Assembly: GCA_018623135.1 (NCBI GenBank)
Contig: JAAZVW010000004.1
Location: 746 to 64,745, forward strand
Origin: Pseudomonadota bacterium
GTDB lineage: Bacteria > Pseudomonadota > Alphaproteobacteria > UBA1280 > JAAZVW01
Length of the DNA stretch: 64,000 bases
Reading direction: 5' to 3'
In this document: piece by piece, positions 59,690-64,000 of the stretch
How the letters are laid out: each line of letters begins with the position of its first letter
Position numbering within the stretch: the stretch's first letter is position 1
Notes under the pieces: generated by a model
What the model was told of the DNA's origin: nothing
Seen by the model: only the letters and a program-made list of their open reading frames with translations
Database searches by the model: none
Translations under genes and position numbers: made by a program

Positions 59690-60049
59690 TTATGCTGCTT
59701 GTGCATTCAGCAAGGTCTGGATGGCGAGAAACTCGGCAAGAGAGATTTCGATGCCGGATTCAGTTTCATCCAGAGGTTTTGCCAGGTACTTGGTTTCGGG
59801 CTGAGCCAGAGGGCGACCTGAAATTTGGATGTTTTCACCAACGATTTTGGCGGTTGTCTGTGTCGATGCCGTGTTTTCAGCAGAAAGTGCAGAGATTGCA
59901 TTTTCATACTCGGCAATTGGCAGTAAAATTGTGCCATGGGTGTTAGTTTTGGTGCCGCCAATCAGAACTGCGTTGTTGTCGGTCAGGTTGACAGACGGGC
60001 AGCATGGTGCGCAGTCAGAACAGAGGAAGAAGCTTGCGATAATATTCAT
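59690..60049 (-). CDS. Cys-cluster protein, paralog B
   Basis: 119 aa with a ggag SD. The cluster is C10-x2-C13-x2-C16-C17-PSVN, and the C-terminal motif is SGRPLAQPE..LAKPLDE.ESGIE. Confidence 0.7.
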   Translation of the reverse strand: MNIIASFFLCSDCAPCCPSVNLTDNNAVLIGGTKTNTHGTILLPIAEYENAISALSAENTASTQTTAKIVGENIQISGRPLAQPETKYLAKPLDETESGIEISLAEFLAIQTLLNAQAA

Positions 60050-60111
60050 AAGAATACTCCGTTAAAAATAAAAAGGAATGTTAAGGTCTGTATAAATACA
60101 GGTGAAATTGA

Positions 60112-60140
60112 AATATAGGATAGAATTTGTTGTTATGCAA
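60112..60140 (-). promoter_or_regulatory. possible sigma70-like promoter of Cys-cluster paralog B
   Basis: The minus strand reads TTGCAT-N17-TATATT, about 60 nt upstream of the start codon. Confidence 0.35.
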
Positions 60141-60141
60141 T

Positions 60142-60172
60142 AAAAAAACCAAGCCTTAGGCTTGGTTTTTTT
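60142..60172 (-). terminator. Rho-independent terminator after hpt
   Basis: A7 - accaagcc/ggcttggt - T7. Confidence 0.85.
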
Positions 60173-60185
60173 AATTAAGAATACA

Positions 60186-60725
60186 TTAGCACATGCCTTT
60201 GCCGCCTTTTACGGTGCTTGTGCCGAAAGTGCAGATATCTTTATTGTCACGGTAGCGACCATCTAAGTCGAGACCGTAACCTACAAGGAATAAACCTTCT
60301 GGTACTGTAAAGCCATGGTAATCTGCCTTGCCTTCACCGCCTTGGCGTTTAAGTAGAGCCGCTACTTCGATACGTGATGCGAAGCGATTTGCTAGTTCTG
60401 TGCGCATTTTACCAATTGTATTACCACCATCTACAATATCTTCGATAATAATAACAGGAGAGTTACCGAAAGAGCGTGGTAGGGTGTTTAGTTCAATTGA
60501 CATGGCTTTAGATTCTTGACTTTCAAAATCTGGTGCGCCTACAAAATGAACGACAAGAGGTAAATCTAGCTCGCGGATAAGGTCTGAAGCGAACATAAAT
60601 GCACCGTTTAACACCACTACTGCATGTACTAGACCTTCGTTACCATATTCCTTGTTAAGAGAATCTGCGATTTGCTTAACGCGATCACGAATGGCATTTG
60701 CAGAGTAAAGTGGTGTAAGTTGCAT
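60186..60725 (-). CDS. hpt: hypoxanthine phosphoribosyltransferase
   Basis: PRPP-binding motif VIIIEDIVDGGNT and LNGAFMFASDL. Confidence 0.9.
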   Translation of the reverse strand: MQLTPLYSANAIRDRVKQIADSLNKEYGNEGLVHAVVVLNGAFMFASDLIRELDLPLVVHFVGAPDFESQESKAMSIELNTLPRSFGNSPVIIIEDIVDGGNTIGKMRTELANRFASRIEVAALLKRQGGEGKADYHGFTVPEGLFLVGYGLDLDGRYRDNKDICTFGTSTVKGGKGMC

Positions 60726-62074
60726 TAGAAATTACCTCCTTGAATAAATCTTTCTAATGAGTTTACATCGAAATCACCTTTAATAAAAGATTCATTCTCA
60801 AGAATGCGCTTATGTAGAGGTAGGCTTGTGTCAATTCCGCCAATGATATACTCTTCTACCGCGCGGCGCATACGTTTAATGGCTTGTTTACGGTCGTTAC
60901 CATAAGAGATAACTTTTGAAACCATAGGATCATAATACGGAGGTACTTTGCAATCTGGGTATAGGCAGGCATCGATACGCACACCTGGGCCGCCTGGTGT
61001 AAAGTAATCTGTTACTGTACCTGGGCTTGGTAAGAAATTATCTGGGTTTTCTGCATTAATACGACACTCGATAGAGTGGCCACGGGCTTTAACGTTGCCT
61101 AGTTTAACTATGTCTAATTTTTCGCCTTGAGCGACAAGGATTTGTTGGCGTACAAGGTCTAGACCTGTTACTTGCTCTGTAACTGGGTGTTCTACCTGTA
61201 GGCGGGTGTTCATTTCAATAAAATAGAACTCGCCTTTTTCGTATAAAAATTCCATTGTGCCGACGCCGACATAGTTTAATTTTTTGCAGGCATTGATAGA
61301 TACATCAAATACGCGTTGGCGTTCTTCATCGTTTAGTGTTGGAGAAGGGCTTTCTTCTAGCACTTTTTGGTGACGACGTTGGAGTGTGCACTCACGCTCG
61401 CCTAAGTGAACAACATTGCCGTGCTTATCTGCAAGTACTTGTACTTCGATGTGGCGTGGCTTTTCTAGATATTTTTCAATAAAGACACGACCATCGCCGA
61501 ATGCAGCTTTTGCTTCTGTCATTGTTACTTGAAGGAGGTCTTTCATAGAGTCTTTATCGTAAACAACCTTCATGCCACGACCACCGCCACCTGCGGCAGC
61601 TTTAATAATAACAGGGTAGCCGATTTTTTCTGCGATTTCTAGGGCGCGACTTGCTGATTCTACAGGGCCACCTGAACCTGGAATGGTTGGTAGGCCTGCT
61701 TCTTCAGCAAACTTCAGAGCCTCGATTTTATCACCCATAAGCGTGATGTGCTCTGGGTCTGGGCCAATGAAGGTGAAACCAGATTCTGTTACCATTTGAG
61801 CAAACTTTGCGTTTTCTGATAAAAAGCCATAACCCGGATGAATAGCATCTGCACCTGTTACTTCTGCAGCGGCGATAATTGCAGGCATATTAAGGTAGCT
61901 TTCTGATACTGAAGCGTTACCAATACATACGGATTCGTTAGCCATTTTTACATGAAGGGCGTCTGAATCTGCTGTTGAATGAACAGCAACGGTATGGATG
62001 CCCATGTCGCGGCATGTTCGGTGAATGCGTACTGCGATTTCACCACGGTTTGCAATAAGTACTTTTTTAATCAT
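60725..62074 (-). CDS. accC: acetyl-CoA carboxylase biotin carboxylase subunit
   Basis: MIKKVLIANRGEIA, GGGGRGM and EMNTRLQVEHPVTE. Confidence 0.97.
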   Translation of the reverse strand: MIKKVLIANRGEIAVRIHRTCRDMGIHTVAVHSTADSDALHVKMANESVCIGNASVSESYLNMPAIIAAAEVTGADAIHPGYGFLSENAKFAQMVTESGFTFIGPDPEHITLMGDKIEALKFAEEAGLPTIPGSGGPVESASRALEIAEKIGYPVIIKAAAGGGGRGMKVVYDKDSMKDLLQVTMTEAKAAFGDGRVFIEKYLEKPRHIEVQVLADKHGNVVHLGERECTLQRRHQKVLEESPSPTLNDEERQRVFDVSINACKKLNYVGVGTMEFLYEKGEFYFIEMNTRLQVEHPVTEQVTGLDLVRQQILVAQGEKLDIVKLGNVKARGHSIECRINAENPDNFLPSPGTVTDYFTPGGPGVRIDACLYPDCKVPPYYDPMVSKVISYGNDRKQAIKRMRRAVEEYIIGGIDTSLPLHKRILENESFIKGDFDVNSLERFIQGGNF

Positions 62075-62119
62075 TTTTTTACTCTGTTTGCTTTTAAGGT
62101 ATTAAAATCTATTAGGTAA

Positions 62120-62575
62120 TTAGCCAATAACGAATAGTGGCTCGCCAAATTCTACAGGTTGGCCGTTAGAGGCTACGATATCTTTAACGATACCATCACG
62201 GTCTGCTTCTATTTGGTTCATAACTTTCATAGCTTCAATAATGCAAAGTGTTTGGCCTTTTTTAACTTTTGTGCCAACAGATACGAAAGGATCACTTTCT
62301 GGTGAAGAAGCTTCGTAGAATGTACCAACCATTGGTGAGTTAAATGTATCTTTAGCGGCTTCTAGTGCTGCAGATGCTGGTGCAGACGTTGAGGCTGCTG
62401 GCGCTGCTGCAACTGGCGCTGCGGCTACTGTTTGAGCGACTTGAACTTCACCTTGATTGCGAAGACGCAAAGAAAGTTCACCTTGTGAAAGTTCTAGTTC
62501 ATTTATTTCTGATTCTTTCAGAAGGTCGATAAGTTCACGAACTTGGTTAAGATCGATAGTAAAAGATGTAGACAT
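62120..62575 (-). CDS. accB: biotin carboxyl carrier protein
   Basis: Ala/Pro linker and the biotinylation motif IEAMKVMN. Confidence 0.95.
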   Translation of the reverse strand: MSTSFTIDLNQVRELIDLLKESEINELELSQGELSLRLRNQGEVQVAQTVAAAPVAAAPAASTSAPASAALEAAKDTFNSPMVGTFYEASSPESDPFVSVGTKVKKGQTLCIIEAMKVMNQIEADRDGIVKDIVASNGQPVEFGEPLFVIG

Positions 62576-62766
62576 TATTCGTCCCTTACATTGTTTTGTT
62601 GAATGGCAGTAGAGAAGCTTTCTAGCTTTTCTAGGTTGCGCATTTCTTGATTGATATGAGAGAGCTTTTCAATCCACTGATCCATAAGGTCAGCACGTTC
62701 TTGTACTGTTTCTTTTTTATGGGCTTCTAGTGTGCGTATCGCGTGCGATAAATCAGGCAATCTCAT
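62575..62766 (-). CDS. small coiled-coil hypothetical protein, translationally coupled to accB
   Basis: 63 aa. Its stop overlaps the accB start (TAATG). No motif recognised. Confidence 0.45.
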   Translation of the reverse strand: MRLPDLSHAIRTLEAHKKETVQERADLMDQWIEKLSHINQEMRNLEKLESFSTAIQQNNVRDE

Positions 62767-62827
62767 ATTAAAATTCTCCTAAATATTCTTGAGTGCATTT
62801 ATAGGATAAATTTGCATATCTTTCAAG

Positions 62828-64000
62828 TTATTTCGATTTTTTGCTTGCATCAGCTGATTCTTGCAATAATTTGAGGCGATGCCAAGCAGGGGTTTGTTCT
62901 GTTACTTTATCTTTAGCCATTTGAATATGAAAGGCGTAGTTTTTACGATCTCCCTTAAGGAGGGATTCTTCTGCTAGATAAAGATGAGAGTTCCCTAAAT
63001 CCCCCATTTTACCGTAGGCAATCCCTAACAGGTGAGGTACGTGCGACCAACGCTGTTGTTCTTGTCTTAGGCGTAAAAGCTGAGGAATTGCTTGCATATA
63101 TTTTTCATTTTGCACTAAGGATTCTGCATATTGTAGCCTTAAAAGTTGGTTTTCTGGCTTAAGGTGGTGTGCCTTTTCAAACGCAGTTAAGGCTTGTTGC
63201 AGGTGGCCATGGTCTTCAAGAATAAGGGCTTTTAATTCATACAGATAGGGGTTATTTGCATCTGTTGATAAAAGATCGTTAACGATGTTGAGTGCTTTTT
63301 CTTTTTCGGCGGCAAAGGCATAACCGATGGCAAGGCCATAGCGTTGAGCTTTGTTTTTAGGTGGAAAAAAGTATACGACAGCTTCTTTTTTTAAACGATA
63401 TGCTTTGATTTTTGCTTGTATGAATTCAAAGCGATCTTGATTGAGCTGAAGCGGTGCGGTATTTGTGTTTTCTTGAATAAAGCTTTTGGCAAATTCGGTA
63501 CGTGAAGAAGAGTAGGGGTGTGTGAGTAAATATTGAGGCATGTCTCTGCTATAAAGAGCCTGATCTTTACTGAGTTTTTGCATGAAGTCTGTAAAGCCCT
63601 GCATAGGCATATTGCTTTTGTGTAAAGCCTCTAGAGCGATTTGGTCGGCTTGTTGCTCAAAAGCACGGTTGTAGCTAAGTGCTGCTGTTTGAATACCTGC
63701 GTGTGTGCCTGAAATAACGGCAATACCAGCATCGGCACTGCCTGCGGCAAGAGCGCCAATACCTAACAGCATGCCCGCGGCAACGGGTAGGTTAAAATCT
63801 TTACGGCTATGGATGGTTTTAAAAATATGCTTACCGCTAATATGCCCAAGCTCGTGTGCTAAAACCCCCAGTACTTCGCTTGGAGTTTCTGCCTTTTCGA
63901 TAAGACCTGTAAACATGTAGAGTTCATTTTTTTGGTTAACGAAGGCGTTAATTTCGTTACGCTGAATAAGGTAGTAGGGGATATGTTTATCTTCTAGCCC
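62828..64000 (-). CDS. M48-family zinc metalloprotease with C-terminal TPR repeats (BepA/YfgC-like), N-terminus outside window
   Basis: HELGH motif at the track N-terminus. The frame stays open upstream to the window edge (..INAFVNQKNELYMFTGL). TPR-like repeats lie in the C-terminal half. Confidence 0.8.
   Translation of the reverse strand, partial: GLEDKHIPYYLIQRNEINAFVNQKNELYMFTGLIEKAETPSEVLGVLAHELGHISGKHIFKTIHSRKDFNLPVAAGMLLGIGALAAGSADAGIAVISGTHAGIQTAALSYNRAFEQQADQIALEALHKSNMPMQGFTDFMQKLSKDQALYSRDMPQYLLTHPYSSSRTEFAKSFIQENTNTAPLQLNQDRFEFIQAKIKAYRLKKEAVVYFFPPKNKAQRYGLAIGYAFAAEKEKALNIVNDLLSTDANNPYLYELKALILEDHGHLQQALTAFEKAHHLKPENQLLRLQYAESLVQNEKYMQAIPQLLRLRQEQQRWSHVPHLLGIAYGKMGDLGNSHLYLAEESLLKGDRKNYAFHIQMAKDKVTEQTPAWHRLKLLQESADASKKSK

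Noticed and set aside
60088-60101. CTGTAT-TT-ATACAG considered as a LexA SOS box.
   Set aside because: The E. coli-type box is CTGT-N8-ACAG, and here the spacing is N6. Alphaproteobacterial LexA recognises a GTTC/GAAC direct-repeat motif instead. The element is retained only as a generic palindrome.
59318-60118. Several plus-strand ORFs (59318-59578, 59609-59821, 59662-59946, 59829-60065, 59936-60118) over the Cys-cluster locus.
   Set aside because: They are mutually overlapping, lack SD sequences and are antisense to the two minus-strand paralogs. Those paralogs have SDs, terminators and conservation between paralogs.

Overview
The window is mostly conserved core genome from an AT-rich (by eye roughly 40% GC) alphaproteobacterium. 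The lineage call rests on gene order. That order includes ntrY-ntrX-trkA-trkH-hfq-hflX and groES-groEL behind a perfect CIRCE element. It also includes rpsB-tsf-pyrH-frr-uppS-rseP-bamA-skp-lpxD-fabZ-lpxA-lpxI-lpxB and rpiB-glyA-nrdR-nusB. Further blocks are bamE / ubiquinol-cytochrome c chaperone-yceD-rpmF-fabH-ihfA-merR-DUF2155, and an M48/TPR protease-accB-accC-hpt block on the minus strand. One tRNA-Gly(GCC) is present, along with many clear Rho-independent terminators. I saw no rRNA, CRISPR array, transposase, integrase or phage gene. Signalling genes are an NtrYX pair, a PAS-PAS-GGDEF-EAL protein, a small GGDEF protein and an MCP with an internally duplicated PAS module. The two best candidates for something undescribed are lineage-specific tandem paralog sets. 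One is three back-to-back 198-aa pilin/pseudopilin-like genes with a non-canonical leader (QRGA[LM]FG[LI]DAR) and no assembly genes nearby. The other is two about 120-aa proteins with an N-terminal four-cysteine cluster and a C-terminus that resembles ArsD/thioredoxin-fold proteins, each with its own promoter and terminator. Several conserved operons appear to have had genes excised: cdsA, plsX, the rib genes and aroQ are absent from their usual slots. This suggests genome streamlining or a host-associated lifestyle. All homology statements come from reading motifs and from recalled family signatures, not from database searches.
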